64,000 nt of DNA, from IMG/VR virus record IMGVR_UViG_3300037485_001404, positions 1-64,000 of that record; one strand, written 5' to 3'. The notes under the pieces are model-generated. The model saw only the letters and a program-made list of their open reading frames with translations. It made no database searches and was not told where the DNA came from. Source of the stretch: a virus. Positions 19,182-30,086 of this stretch are shown one piece after another (the stretch's first letter is position 1; every line of letters starts with the position of its first letter). A program made the position numbers and the translations under genes.

Positions 19182-22100
19182 TACGTGTTCCTCCCTTCCG
19201 CTCTTCTACTGCCACCACCAATGGATTTGTCTCTACCGCCGGATTGCTCTCCTCCCGAAGAACTTCTGTTTTTAGGGGTATTGCGCTCTCTGTAAGGATC
19301 CTCTTCCTCTTCCGTGATATCAGTCTCTTTTGCTGTAGTTCCCCAGGGGACTTGGGGAACGTAGGCATCCGGTACTTCCTCCGCTCTCCATGCTCTCGCT
19401 GCTTCTTCTGCCGCCGCTACACGTTCTGCTTCAGCCGCTGCTACTGCATTTTCAACTATAGCTCTGACAGCACTGTTCCCGCCATAGGGATCGGCAACAG
19501 CTACTGTGTTCGAGCTGGCGGCTGCTATACGTGCTGCCTCTTTATCTTCTGCTACTTTTTTCTCGGACGCTATCAGTGAATTTCTTGCAGCTTCCTCTGC
19601 TGCTGCTTCCGCTGCTCGAATGGATGCGCCGGATGCCGCTGCTGCTGCAAAAGCTTCATCAGATGCTGTCTTAGCTGCAGCCTTGGCTGCATCTCTTTCA
19701 TCTGCTTCCTTCTCTTTTTGTTTAATGAAAGCATCCCATTTAGCATCTTCGGCTGCTTTATCAGTAGCTGCTTTATCAGTAGCTGCTTTATCAGTAGCTG
19801 CTTTATCTTCGGCTGCTTTAGCAGCCGCTGCTCTTGACTTTTCCAAGAATTCTGCAAGAGAACCTGAGTCGGCAGTAGGACTTCCTACTGGTCCCGGAGT
19901 AGCAGGTGCAACCTCCAATCCCTCCTCTTCTCCTTCTCTGTGCATAGTTCTCTCAGTATCAGCTTCTTGTTCAGCGTCTACCGCTCGCTCTGTTTCATCT
20001 GTATCGGATGTCTCTTTTTCATCGCCCCATTTAATTGGAGTATCTTCTACCTCTGCGTCTACTTTCAACTGTTCAGTAGCTTCCTCTCCAAAGGTATCCT
20101 TGTATTCCTGCTCAGACATACCAGGATTTATTTCTTTTTTTGGCTTCTCTTCAACCGTTTGTTGTTTATCTATTCTCTCTCTAGGAGGTTTTTCGTCAAC
20201 GGTTGTTGTAGTCGTAGTCTTTGTCTCTGGAACCACAGGAGGAGCTGTAATTCCGATATCTGCCGTTTCAGGTCCTTGAACTCCAACTCTTACTGGACCA
20301 TATTCTTGAGCTGCCACAGGAATATTGAATTCAGTAATAATGCCAGTCAGGATTGCTTCATCCAATGGCTGATACTTTCCATCTCCCATTTTAACATAGG
20401 GAACGCCATTGATTTGAGAGATGCTAGCAGGGTCTATCTTGAGAGACTGAAGGACTTCAGGTTGAACCCCAAGCGTCATTCCTGCCGTACCCAGTTCTTG
20501 TTGTTTCCCTGTCTCCAGAGCATACTTCATGAGTTGGTCTGGACTGAATATACTCCCATCAAACTTATTGGCCATATTGTCTATCGTTGCACCTGTGGTA
20601 GTAGTTTCAGCCTTAGCTGCTTTAGCCTTAGCAAGACCATCATCAATGGCTTTCCTATTCAGGTCTGCTTGCTCAATTCTAAGTCTCAATGCAGCTTGCC
20701 ATGGTTGACTCTCTGCAGGTCCCTCTGGTATTGGAAGCTTTCTTGCTTGAAGAATGTACCTTTGGAAAATCTCTGAGAGTTTATCTGGCGGCAATTGTTG
20801 AAATGCTTTAATTCTATCAGTAATGCCTAGCAACTCAGAAGTATCTCCAGACCTAATGGCTGACTCTATAGCAGAGGTGTAGGTGCTAGCATTAACCGCA
20901 ACTCCAGCAGACTGAAGAATCAAATTATACAGCTCTGGTGATTGTTCTTGAATTGACTTTATTGCATCTCGGTATGAGTACGACATTGCAATATCGCCAA
21001 GTTCTTTCGGATCAATCTTTCCAGATGCAATTGAGGCTGCTACAACAGGATTGACACCTAATCCTTTTCTGTACAGATCGAACCCAGAACCCAAGGTTGT
21101 TACCACCTGGCGCGAGATCTCGCCTGGTAGATTGCTCAGAAAACTCGCATTTGTGTCTGACAAACCTTTGAGCCTACCACCTGTCAGTTCACCTTTTTCG
21201 TCAAAGGTGGCTTCTTTGTCGATAGCTTCATTTCTTTTGGTCAAGTTATCCTTGGCTGTCTTGATGCTTTGATCATAGCGGGTTTTTATTTCCCGAGCTT
21301 TGCTGAAAATCTCACTAGCTTTACCTTCGATAAGACCTGGGTTGTCCTTCAAAGTTTGAGCTACTTGATTCTGCTTTTGCTCATCCGACATTTTACTCCA
21401 GGTAGCATCGTCTATGCCCATTGCAGATCTCACGGCATTCTCTGTGAGACTTCCGGCAAATGTTTTCAAAGATTCGACGAGGCTCGTTTTCATTGTTTCA
21501 AGTCCGGCATCCAAGTTGTTAGTCCTTGTTGCTTCTGCAATACCTGCCTGAACAATCGAACCAATAGTCTGTCCTGGATTCACCGCCATTTGCTTGACAA
21601 GGGTTTTAAGCTCCGCCTGTTTCTGTTCAGGCGTAAGCTTTGGATCGTTCATAACTCTGAGGATATCGAGTTGCTGTCTAGCATCCGGGGAAATTTGGAC
21701 TTCCCTGTCCTTCCCCTGAGAGTCCTTCGTCACTACAGTAATCGATCCTGTTTGCTGCAGTGAATTCAGCCAGGAGAATAGTTGATTCCCTGTCTGCTCT
21801 CCAGCCTTTCCGATAAACTTGGTAATCTCCTTTCTTTGATCAGCACTCATGCCACTATCCGGGTCATTAAGCATACTGTACAAAGTACCGGAAAGGTTTC
21901 CACCTTGAACTGCTTCTGCCCACATTTGAGCTTCGATGGTTTTACCGCTTTTCTGCAAATCATCGACAATAGCTTTGCCGATAGCAGTAAAACTATCTTC
22001 ATATTTCTTGCGTGCATCGGCGAACTGGCCTCCAGCTTCATCGACAAAAGATTCAAACCCAGCACTCATTTGATTTCGGATTGCTTCTTTTTTTCTATTT

Positions 22101-23065
22101 GATTCTCTGATATCAGCCGATTCAGTGTCGAACAGTCTTTGAAGCGACGATTCAAAATCCCCGCCGAACAATCCCGAAGAGAAATTGAGAGAGTTTTCAA
22201 CTTCTGATTTAATAGTGTCCGCACCCAACTGCGACAACTCCAATGCAGTGTATCCGGTGTCTCCCCTATCTCCGTACCATTTGAGATCTGTTTCATTTCC
22301 GGGAATCCCCATCATCCTTTCATATTGACGCTTGGATTGGAAAATCCCAGAGATATCTCCGGTATGATCCATTGCTGCCAACTGTTCCATAGCTGCTCTA
22401 GCTTCGGATGAATCACCTTTTCCGCTCTTATTCAAGTTGTCCAGGGTGTCCATAGCTTGATTGATGTAAGAAGCTGTCTCCGGGTCTTTCGAGAACATTT
22501 CCCCTACTACATCTTGGAAACTCTTCGCTACTGCCTTGCCCCCAACCATTTTGGTGTAAGGACTGAGGACCTCCTGAAGTCTTTTCTGTTCTTCTTGCTT
22601 TTGTCTGACAACAGGGTCTACGCTACTTTCGGTGATATCCTGAATAGAGTATTCTCCACTCGGATTTACCGTGAACATAGATTTGTCAGACATACCTACA
22701 GAGGTAGCGCCTTTCGTGAGTAATTGATTCACTCTTTCCTGCAGCACAAAGCCGAAAGAGCCAAGTCTGGACGCTACCCCTTGCACCTGGGCATGAAATT
22801 GACCTTGCTCGGTTTCCTGGAGCTTCTGCTGGGCTTTGTCGAGCTTCTCTCCCTGTTGCCCAAGAGTGCCTCTCTCAGGCGCTGAGGTTTCAGTTCCCTT
22901 GGGCTTGACCTCATTGGGTTGGTTCAAGTTTGCAGGGTGCCTTGCGCCTTGCATTCGCTGCTGGTGTGAGGTGAGTTCCCCACCGGCAGGTTCACCTGGT
23001 GCTTGGGCCTCCTCTTCCCCCGTGAATCCGGGTGCAGCCCATTTTGATCTATCGGTTAATGCCAT
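19181..23065 (-). CDS. large putative internal virion protein (1294 aa)
   Basis: Helical, Gln/Ala-rich, with a low-complexity acidic/Ala C-terminal third; virion operon position. Confidence 0.7.
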   Translation of the reverse strand: MALTDRSKWAAPGFTGEEEAQAPGEPAGGELTSHQQRMQGARHPANLNQPNEVKPKGTETSAPERGTLGQQGEKLDKAQQKLQETEQGQFHAQVQGVASRLGSFGFVLQERVNQLLTKGATSVGMSDKSMFTVNPSGEYSIQDITESSVDPVVRQKQEEQKRLQEVLSPYTKMVGGKAVAKSFQDVVGEMFSKDPETASYINQAMDTLDNLNKSGKGDSSEARAAMEQLAAMDHTGDISGIFQSKRQYERMMGIPGNETDLKWYGDRGDTGYTALELSQLGADTIKSEVENSLNFSSGLFGGDFESSLQRLFDTESADIRESNRKKEAIRNQMSAGFESFVDEAGGQFADARKKYEDSFTAIGKAIVDDLQKSGKTIEAQMWAEAVQGGNLSGTLYSMLNDPDSGMSADQRKEITKFIGKAGEQTGNQLFSWLNSLQQTGSITVVTKDSQGKDREVQISPDARQQLDILRVMNDPKLTPEQKQAELKTLVKQMAVNPGQTIGSIVQAGIAEATRTNNLDAGLETMKTSLVESLKTFAGSLTENAVRSAMGIDDATWSKMSDEQKQNQVAQTLKDNPGLIEGKASEIFSKAREIKTRYDQSIKTAKDNLTKRNEAIDKEATFDEKGELTGGRLKGLSDTNASFLSNLPGEISRQVVTTLGSGFDLYRKGLGVNPVVAASIASGKIDPKELGDIAMSYSYRDAIKSIQEQSPELYNLILQSAGVAVNASTYTSAIESAIRSGDTSELLGITDRIKAFQQLPPDKLSEIFQRYILQARKLPIPEGPAESQPWQAALRLRIEQADLNRKAIDDGLAKAKAAKAETTTTGATIDNMANKFDGSIFSPDQLMKYALETGKQQELGTAGMTLGVQPEVLQSLKIDPASISQINGVPYVKMGDGKYQPLDEAILTGIITEFNIPVAAQEYGPVRVGVQGPETADIGITAPPVVPETKTTTTTTVDEKPPRERIDKQQTVEEKPKKEINPGMSEQEYKDTFGEEATEQLKVDAEVEDTPIKWGDEKETSDTDETERAVDAEQEADTERTMHREGEEEGLEVAPATPGPVGSPTADSGSLAEFLEKSRAAAAKAAEDKAATDKAATDKAATDKAAEDAKWDAFIKQKEKEADERDAAKAAAKTASDEAFAAAAASGASIRAAEAAAEEAARNSLIASEKKVAEDKEAARIAAASSNTVAVADPYGGNSAVRAIVENAVAAAEAERVAAAEEAARAWRAEEVPDAYVPQVPWGTTAKETDITEEEEDPYRERNTPKNRSSSGGEQSGGRDKSIGGGSRRAEGRNT
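19752..19811. repeat. 15-bp coding tandem repeat (AATDK-type repeats)
   Basis: GCTGCTTTATCAGTA x3 plus one variant copy. Confidence 0.9.
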
Positions 23066-23077
23066 TATTGCACCTCT

Positions 23078-23596
23078 TTAGATTACGGTTACAGTAACAG
23101 TGTCCAATGCAAGTGGTACCACTGTTACATTATCACAATTGACTTCAGACTCAAGAGTCACCAAGTTACCATTGACATATTTAACAACTCTAGTCTGGGT
23201 ACCAAATCTTAAAGTATCTTTGACATAGAGCTGTCTAACGTCTTCAAACTGAATCTGACTCTTAAATCCAGACTGTCCGGGAGTAAGCCTAAAAGAAATG
23301 AGTCTACAGTTTATAGTAGTAAAAGTTGTGCTAGAAGCTCTCAGCACACAACACTCTACTCTCCCCATAGTAGTTATTCTACTAGAAACTACACCAAGAT
23401 TGTGAAAGACTTGAACATCTGTGGTATCCTGAATAGGAATGGTAGCTGTATACTCCGCAACATCGGGGCCTACCTTCTGTTTATGGAGATTAGATTCCAC
23501 AAGGTATTTAATGACTCGATTATAGTTGAACAGAAATTGTATAAACCAAGTAGGTTCTACTCCCTCTGCTGCAAATGGCGCTCCATCAAATTTCAT
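23078..23596 (-). CDS. putative tail structural protein
   Basis: 172 aa, beta-rich; follows the nozzle gene. Confidence 0.6.
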   Translation of the reverse strand: MKFDGAPFAAEGVEPTWFIQFLFNYNRVIKYLVESNLHKQKVGPDVAEYTATIPIQDTTDVQVFHNLGVVSSRITTMGRVECCVLRASSTTFTTINCRLISFRLTPGQSGFKSQIQFEDVRQLYVKDTLRFGTQTRVVKYVNGNLVTLESEVNCDNVTVVPLALDTVTVTVI

Positions 23597-26500
23597 CGAT
23601 CACCACTCCTTGTGTCTTTCTGAGGTACAAGTCTTGTGTTAAGCAATAGTCCTTCGACGCTGATATGGTAGATAGGACAGTCTGTATCCGCCGATTCTTC
23701 GCGTAGGATAAAAGCAATTTGAGCCGTTCGTTTTCCGAGTGTATCTCTGAGGGTTTTAACATATCGGTCTGTACCGTAAATTGGATTTGTTCCATTAGTG
23801 TCTGCACCTAGTATATTATAAGTTTCTAGTGGCGTTTCGGTGGTACTGTAGTTCTCAGAATAATACACGGCCATGGAGAAATCGCTAGTATTACCAAACT
23901 GGAAGATAGCATTTCTCCAGAATTTGAATTTGATATTGGCTGCTTCTCCTCCTTGGTAAGCCTCCTGTGCAGGAGCATTAGGGGTGTATCTGGTCCTCAG
24001 TGCAAAAGGAATAGGTGAATCATAGTCATTGTACCGAGTGAGTTCGGTCTCGGTTCTCATTTTACCGACGAATCCTCGGGTGGAGGCAAAATAGTATCTA
24101 CCGTCCCTTTCAACCCATCGGAGGGCATCGATACGAGTATTCACTAACCAACCAAGTACACCGTCATTATAAGAATAATTATACTGAGCATCGGGGTGGC
24201 AAATATGGTCACTGTAGGGACTGACGTATGGCGCTCCTAGATAGACATTCTTGCTATAGGTATCTGTGTACCCCGCTGCCAAGGAGAAGAGGGTTCTGTC
24301 TTTGATGGTGTATTCATCGAAAACCTTATTCAGTTTGAACATAGGCTCTACGTTCACACCATCGGTGTAATGAGGTCCTGTGTCATGGAGGAAATAGCAG
24401 TAGGAATCTGTCACTGGTAGATTGTAATGACTGAATGCTCCAACTGTAGTCTGAAGCCTCTTTACGGTATAATCCAACAACGCTTCACCGAAAGTCACAG
24501 CATATATGGAGTTGGACTTGAACATCAGTGCTTGAGACTGAAAGGGTGTTCCACCTGTAAGCTGTGTACCATCTTGTGATCCTAAATCATGATAGGCATC
24601 TTGTTTGAAAGTAGGGATGAAGTTGTTGATTATGGAACTAGAGATAGCTGCTGTCCAGACGAATGCGTTAGGGTAATTATCTACTCTATACGTGAAAGTT
24701 GTTGCCACATAATCGGCTTTAGCTTTCTCTATCGTAACATCAAACGGATCTCCGGGGGAAGGGCGAATAGCCGCATTTATTTGATAGCTTTCAGGGTCTC
24801 CCCTGAACTTAAATACGATAGAGTCGAAGATTTCTGAGGTACCAGTGTTATGGTAGATTTCTGGGTAGGCCCTGTATACCTCCATTCTTCTTTTTTGGGA
24901 ATTCGGCGATACCATTGAAAGCACGAAGAATGAATTCGCAGAGAGGTCTATCTCATATCCATTATTCTTCCCGTAAGAAGAGTGGATGTATTCCCGTAAA
25001 CCTAAATCAGAATCCGCAACCGCTACATCTTGATAATCCAAAGTACCTATAGCGGCAGAAAATCTCTTGGAGATCTGGACTAAAGGATTGTTGGTCAACA
25101 AAGGATTCGCCGTAAAGTAAGGTAAAGCTAAATCAGACAGACTTTCAGCTAACCCTAACTTATATGGAACAGGGACAGGGAACACTCCAGGAGTATCGGC
25201 AATAATAACATGACTCATTGAGATAGAGGTTATGCTTGGGGCGAAGTCGGGGTATATCCCCTGTTGAATATCGAAGCTGGACGCTAGGACAAGAGTATTT
25301 CCGCCATCCTTGACTTCGCGGACGATGTACCAACCTGAAAGCTCCATACACACAGAGTTGTAATCTTTACCCCTAATAATCAAGAATGCTCCGCATTCAG
25401 GCGACGGACTAGCTCCAGATATCGGGAATTCTAAAAGAAAACAAGTATTAAGATAACTGGGTGCGAATTTCTTTGTCGCATTGACTGCAAAAGAACTTGC
25501 ACCGAAACTGAGAGAAGTAGCTACTGCTTGGGTCCAAAGCTCAAAACTGTTCAAGATTCTAACTTTTATCTCATTCTCGCTAATCCTAGTATCTATCTGC
25601 ATAGCAACATCTAGACTAGGGTAGTTAGAGGGAATCTTTGCTGCGTCTGCATCTGAGAGAACAAGATTCAAATAATCGCCAGCGGGAAAACCAGTTACAT
25701 TCCCTATGCCGACAGCTTGGATATTCAGGAACAACGAAGGGACTGAAAACCCAGTAACTGCCGTCACATCCAAATACGCCAGGGTATTTCCGAAGATGGA
25801 CATACTATATCCAGGGAGAGCTGGCTCGCTAACGGTTTGACTCGGGTAGATAGGAGACACTACAGAAACTACCGTAGCTCCTACCACATTTGACAATCTG
25901 ACAGGGGTTAACTCCAGCCGAGATACAGGCCCGAACCCTGTCACAGATGCTGCTGCTGAAGTGAAAGTCAGTCTAGACTCCCAATCCAATATCTCTGAAT
26001 CATCCCCTGACTTGTATCCGCCAAGTCTACCAGGTCCTTGGATTACTAGTACTTTACTAGTAAGGGAACTTATTACCCCAGAAGCGGAAGGAGAAAAGGT
26101 TAGATAGGTCTTACTACCTGTATTATCATTCACACATTCCACATAGGCATCTTTACTTAATACCTCTGCAGCGGTATACGCTTGAATGAAATCAAACGCA
26201 GTGAGGGAATGCCCGTTTAGAATTCTAGGTTTCAAAGCGGCATCAAGATTCTCATCTGTCCACTTAGTTGTTGCTTCAAGCACTACATCTGAAGAAGATG
26301 CGTCAGTCCTTCTAGTAAACACATCTCCAAGGAAATCTATAGAGGTCCCCCTTGGAAAATCCTTGGAAGTAGCTCTAAGCTTCAACTTAAGAGCGGTAGT
26401 TGCATGAGCCAGTCCCAAATAGAACTGTTGAGATAGGTCATTGTACACCACAACCGGACTTGCTATGACGTGAAGTCCGGCTACCAGTGAGATCTTGAAG

Positions 26501-29100
26501 GATGTGAAATCGGAGAAACCCGAAGCGGCAGTTTGTGCCGGAAAACCCGAAGCCGCAGCTCTATTTGCCACTACAAGCCCAGTCCCTGGGTCTAATCCAA
26601 AAGGCATTGTCTGAAGGGTTAACTGGAAATTATCATTGAATGGAATAGGGTTCGATGTCTCTGCTACGTAGGCAGATCCGGGAAAGTTAGGTAGAAATAC
26701 GGAGAGGCTGGCATATGCCTTGAAGTATCCTGCAAGGGTAGTTGTAGTATGGAATACCCCTAATGGCTCTATGATGAAATAAGGATGGCTTGAAATATTA
26801 AGCCCTATCAACCTATTTCCAGCGGAAAGAAGATATTTACATCTTGGAGCTGGTACGTTGTTACCTTCATCCAGAATATACAGTTTTCTTCTCTCTGCAG
26901 GATTGAAGAATTCTGTCTCACCTATAGTAAAAGTGAATTTGTTATGCGGAACCCCGGTCAATACCGTTTTCTCAAGTCTGTAATTGAGTTGTGCATCCGC
27001 TAATGGGTCTAGGGCATTCCTGTAGACATTCAAGGATACTGGATAGAACATACCCCTAGAAGTTGGGGGTGCTTTTACACAGACTTCGACCAGTTCGGCA
27101 TAATTGCTACCGTCCCTCGCTGCCTGGGGAGTAAAAACCACCTCTCCGGGTTCTGTAGACCTAGACTCGTAGGTCCTACCCAGAGAATCCACATAGGAGT
27201 AGGTAAAACACAGATCTATTTTCTCACCTATCCTGGCATTTGCTCCATATTGACTAGACGGGATGTTACTTCTGGTCCCAGGGATAGACCTGATAGAGAT
27301 TAACTCCGGTTTCGGGATATTCTCACAGGCTAGAGAATCACCAAGCAACCTCCAAGGACTTCCGTCAGAAGAAACGTGACACAGTGAATCAGCAAAAGCT
27401 ATGGAACTCTGGACTGAGGTATTGTCAAGTAATTCTCCGGTCTGATATTCAGAAGAAAATGGTATAAAGGCACTCGATAGCAGGTGTATCAGATCCCACA
27501 TAGCCCCAAAATACAGCGTATCTGTGGAGCTAAATGTTACCTCTCTGTCGAGATACGCATTTGTCAAATCTGTGCTAATGATTCGATAGGTAGGAGTATC
27601 CTCACTATCGCTGTTAAAAGAAAGGGTTAAACCTGTTATCAAACCACTCAGCGGTAAAGTTCTACTTGTACGAGTGACGTTGATCTTAGAATACAGGTAT
27701 AGGTTTAGGGTGGTCCCAAGATAAGATACCTTAATCGAGGGGGTTATCTCAACCACGGTAAAAGTAACTGAAGCTTTACTGCCTGAAGTTTGAATAATCT
27801 CATAGGTTAAAATATCACCGACGAGTAGTTTGGAAGCATTATTCAAATTCGAGGTTATGTCAAAATACCCGTCAATACCTGCCGTTACTGCTGCTGCCAC
27901 GGCTACCCAAATATCGGCTAATAGGGTAGGGGCAGTAGGGAAGAACTCACTAAAATCCACCTCTCTAAACAGATTACTGTTATTTGCGGCTACTAAGGTA
28001 TTTAGATTTGTAGCTAGATTCAAATATGAGGCTAGGGATTGTATTCTCCCTGCATTTAATCCTAACCCATACATGAACCTATTGAGGCCACTTGCGGTAT
28101 TAGATCCTATTAGAGTTATAGGTGAAATGTAGAAACGAAATGTAGTGCTATCAACAGCAGCACCACTACTTCTTATCAGTTTGAAGTTCTGACCGGAAAC
28201 GTACGCCATCCTGAAATAATTCTTGACTACAGTAAATCCTGTTCCAAAGGTGCTAGCACCAGTACACCCGATTACAATTGTCCTACTTGCATGGGTGTTA
28301 GAGATTACTTTCTGACCGGAAAGATTATAAGTCCCTACTATCATTGCAGGAGACCCTACAGGAAAGAGATATCTTACATCATCCACTGTCCAAGTAGAAG
28401 CAAAGACAATAGTAGCTTGGGTATTTGCCACATTTACAGAAACAGAGGCAATATCCGACTCAACAACACAGTTTGGTTGAATTCCAACACATAGCTGTAT
28501 CTGGTAACTAGCTGCAGTTACATCAACCGTACTGGACCCTGCGATAAATGCAGGGTAGGCTGCTGTCAGTACTACTCTCAGATTATTTGCGTCGCACTTA
28601 GAGATAACGAAATATCTTCTACTTAGAACTGCTGCAATTGGTATAGGGTATATGCTGGGATAGGTTAAAGAAGTAGAGGTACCTATCAGCATATGATTTG
28701 TAGAAAGAATTATTTCAGGGTAGTCCTCCCAATCTGTCCAATCTACAAGTACGTGCGTGCTAGTCAAATCTCTAGTGGACTGATACCCGAGATATTTGTC
28801 TAGTGAGGCTGATATCATTCCTGTATTGTATGGAATGAATTTGAGGTCTGGTACGGCTATGGCCTCCCATTCGAGTTCTAGGACTGTCGATACTCCGGTA
28901 TTGTAATGAACTCTAGCCGGAAACTCACATCCGTATTGCCCATATCCTGGTCTTTTCTTGATAACCCCTTTAGTGGAGATATCGGCATTTTCCATAAGAT
29001 CGCAGTATCCGTCCGGGATAGCAGTGACAGCAGAGCTTCCATCAATCCCGTGGGAGGAATCAATGGTGAAAATAGTATTAGGGTCTTGTTGAACTCCCAT
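23593..29100 (-). CDS. tail nozzle / stabilization protein (tail tubular B-like), unusually large (1835 aa)
   Basis: N-terminal GID...ENADISTKGVIKKRPGY and C-terminal beta-propeller-like region (LMFKSNSIY, TVGAFS, YFLHDTG) typical of podovirus nozzle/stabilization proteins; follows the adaptor gene. Confidence 0.75.
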   Translation of the reverse strand: MGVQQDPNTIFTIDSSHGIDGSSAVTAIPDGYCDLMENADISTKGVIKKRPGYGQYGCEFPARVHYNTGVSTVLELEWEAIAVPDLKFIPYNTGMISASLDKYLGYQSTRDLTSTHVLVDWTDWEDYPEIILSTNHMLIGTSTSLTYPSIYPIPIAAVLSRRYFVISKCDANNLRVVLTAAYPAFIAGSSTVDVTAASYQIQLCVGIQPNCVVESDIASVSVNVANTQATIVFASTWTVDDVRYLFPVGSPAMIVGTYNLSGQKVISNTHASRTIVIGCTGASTFGTGFTVVKNYFRMAYVSGQNFKLIRSSGAAVDSTTFRFYISPITLIGSNTASGLNRFMYGLGLNAGRIQSLASYLNLATNLNTLVAANNSNLFREVDFSEFFPTAPTLLADIWVAVAAAVTAGIDGYFDITSNLNNASKLLVGDILTYEIIQTSGSKASVTFTVVEITPSIKVSYLGTTLNLYLYSKINVTRTSRTLPLSGLITGLTLSFNSDSEDTPTYRIISTDLTNAYLDREVTFSSTDTLYFGAMWDLIHLLSSAFIPFSSEYQTGELLDNTSVQSSIAFADSLCHVSSDGSPWRLLGDSLACENIPKPELISIRSIPGTRSNIPSSQYGANARIGEKIDLCFTYSYVDSLGRTYESRSTEPGEVVFTPQAARDGSNYAELVEVCVKAPPTSRGMFYPVSLNVYRNALDPLADAQLNYRLEKTVLTGVPHNKFTFTIGETEFFNPAERRKLYILDEGNNVPAPRCKYLLSAGNRLIGLNISSHPYFIIEPLGVFHTTTTLAGYFKAYASLSVFLPNFPGSAYVAETSNPIPFNDNFQLTLQTMPFGLDPGTGLVVANRAAASGFPAQTAASGFSDFTSFKISLVAGLHVIASPVVVYNDLSQQFYLGLAHATTALKLKLRATSKDFPRGTSIDFLGDVFTRRTDASSSDVVLEATTKWTDENLDAALKPRILNGHSLTAFDFIQAYTAAEVLSKDAYVECVNDNTGSKTYLTFSPSASGVISSLTSKVLVIQGPGRLGGYKSGDDSEILDWESRLTFTSAAASVTGFGPVSRLELTPVRLSNVVGATVVSVVSPIYPSQTVSEPALPGYSMSIFGNTLAYLDVTAVTGFSVPSLFLNIQAVGIGNVTGFPAGDYLNLVLSDADAAKIPSNYPSLDVAMQIDTRISENEIKVRILNSFELWTQAVATSLSFGASSFAVNATKKFAPSYLNTCFLLEFPISGASPSPECGAFLIIRGKDYNSVCMELSGWYIVREVKDGGNTLVLASSFDIQQGIYPDFAPSITSISMSHVIIADTPGVFPVPVPYKLGLAESLSDLALPYFTANPLLTNNPLVQISKRFSAAIGTLDYQDVAVADSDLGLREYIHSSYGKNNGYEIDLSANSFFVLSMVSPNSQKRRMEVYRAYPEIYHNTGTSEIFDSIVFKFRGDPESYQINAAIRPSPGDPFDVTIEKAKADYVATTFTYRVDNYPNAFVWTAAISSSIINNFIPTFKQDAYHDLGSQDGTQLTGGTPFQSQALMFKSNSIYAVTFGEALLDYTVKRLQTTVGAFSHYNLPVTDSYCYFLHDTGPHYTDGVNVEPMFKLNKVFDEYTIKDRTLFSLAAGYTDTYSKNVYLGAPYVSPYSDHICHPDAQYNYSYNDGVLGWLVNTRIDALRWVERDGRYYFASTRGFVGKMRTETELTRYNDYDSPIPFALRTRYTPNAPAQEAYQGGEAANIKFKFWRNAIFQFGNTSDFSMAVYYSENYSTTETPLETYNILGADTNGTNPIYGTDRYVKTLRDTLGKRTAQIAFILREESADTDCPIYHISVEGLLLNTRLVPQKDTRSGDR

Positions 29101-30086
29101 TATCTCCTCCCGACAGGTCTGGATTGTGGGATATTGTTGTACCTAGTTTTTCGGATGTGCTGACCCAAAACTCTACCGCCAGTATCGCCTTTGAGAGCTT
29201 CAAGTTGAAGCTTCAAAGTCTCCATCGCAGAAGGATCTGTTTCGTTCAGAGCGCCACGGATTCTAAGGACAGCCCAATCAACGAGGAATTGATCAAAGGC
29301 TTCACCGAAGATAGAAGTGCCAGTGGTGTAACCAAAGGTCACATTATCATCCAACTCAGCAAGACCTGTCCATACCGCACCAGGAAGGGTACCGATAGGG
29401 TATGTAAGATATTGAGTTCTACCTGCTGGCGCTGTGGTTAAAGTGATTGTCTTAGCCACAGTGTCTACAGCATTGTAGCTGTACATTGCTTTGATTTCAC
29501 CTGTGAGTTGATCACTGATAGAGATGAAAGCAAGAGAGGGGATAGCTTTATTTGTATTGATTCTAGAATCGTTCAAGCTTTCCACAGTGATAACATTAGT
29601 ACCCAAAGCAGTAATACGTCCACCAAAGATACCCAGCATTGGGATTCTTCGATTGATGATTAGATGGGCAGTAAAGTCGGTAATAGGAAGCGGGTAAAGC
29701 CCAATAACATTGTTCATGATGGAGCATACTTGAGGGAAGTATGTTTTGATTTTACTTGAAATATAGGGATATGCTTCTTTTCTAGAAACGATAGGTATCC
29801 TAACGTATCCCCATGGAGTCTGAGATTCATGAACTGGACTTGGAACTTCTACTTGCTCTATCCTTTTAGACCAAAGATTCTTGGGTAATTCATACTCAGA
29901 TACGCCAGCGGTAACGGAAAGTAGATGCTCTTGAGCAAAAAGCATATCATTGCTTTTCACCATATGGTTGTAAGTATACCGATAGGCAGAGTTTATCAGT
30001 CTGAGGATATACTCATCGTCTACGGGGTTGGTATCATATTCTAGACATTGATCCCTTATGGTGTTTACCAATTCTAATGTTTGCAT
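29100..30086 (-). CDS. head-tail adaptor (tail tubular A-like)
   Basis: MQTLELVNTIRDQ...ILRLINSAY...AGVSEYELP...LYPLP pattern of podovirus adaptor proteins. Confidence 0.75.
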   Translation of the reverse strand: MQTLELVNTIRDQCLEYDTNPVDDEYILRLINSAYRYTYNHMVKSNDMLFAQEHLLSVTAGVSEYELPKNLWSKRIEQVEVPSPVHESQTPWGYVRIPIVSRKEAYPYISSKIKTYFPQVCSIMNNVIGLYPLPITDFTAHLIINRRIPMLGIFGGRITALGTNVITVESLNDSRINTNKAIPSLAFISISDQLTGEIKAMYSYNAVDTVAKTITLTTAPAGRTQYLTYPIGTLPGAVWTGLAELDDNVTFGYTTGTSIFGEAFDQFLVDWAVLRIRGALNETDPSAMETLKLQLEALKGDTGGRVLGQHIRKTRYNNIPQSRPVGRR

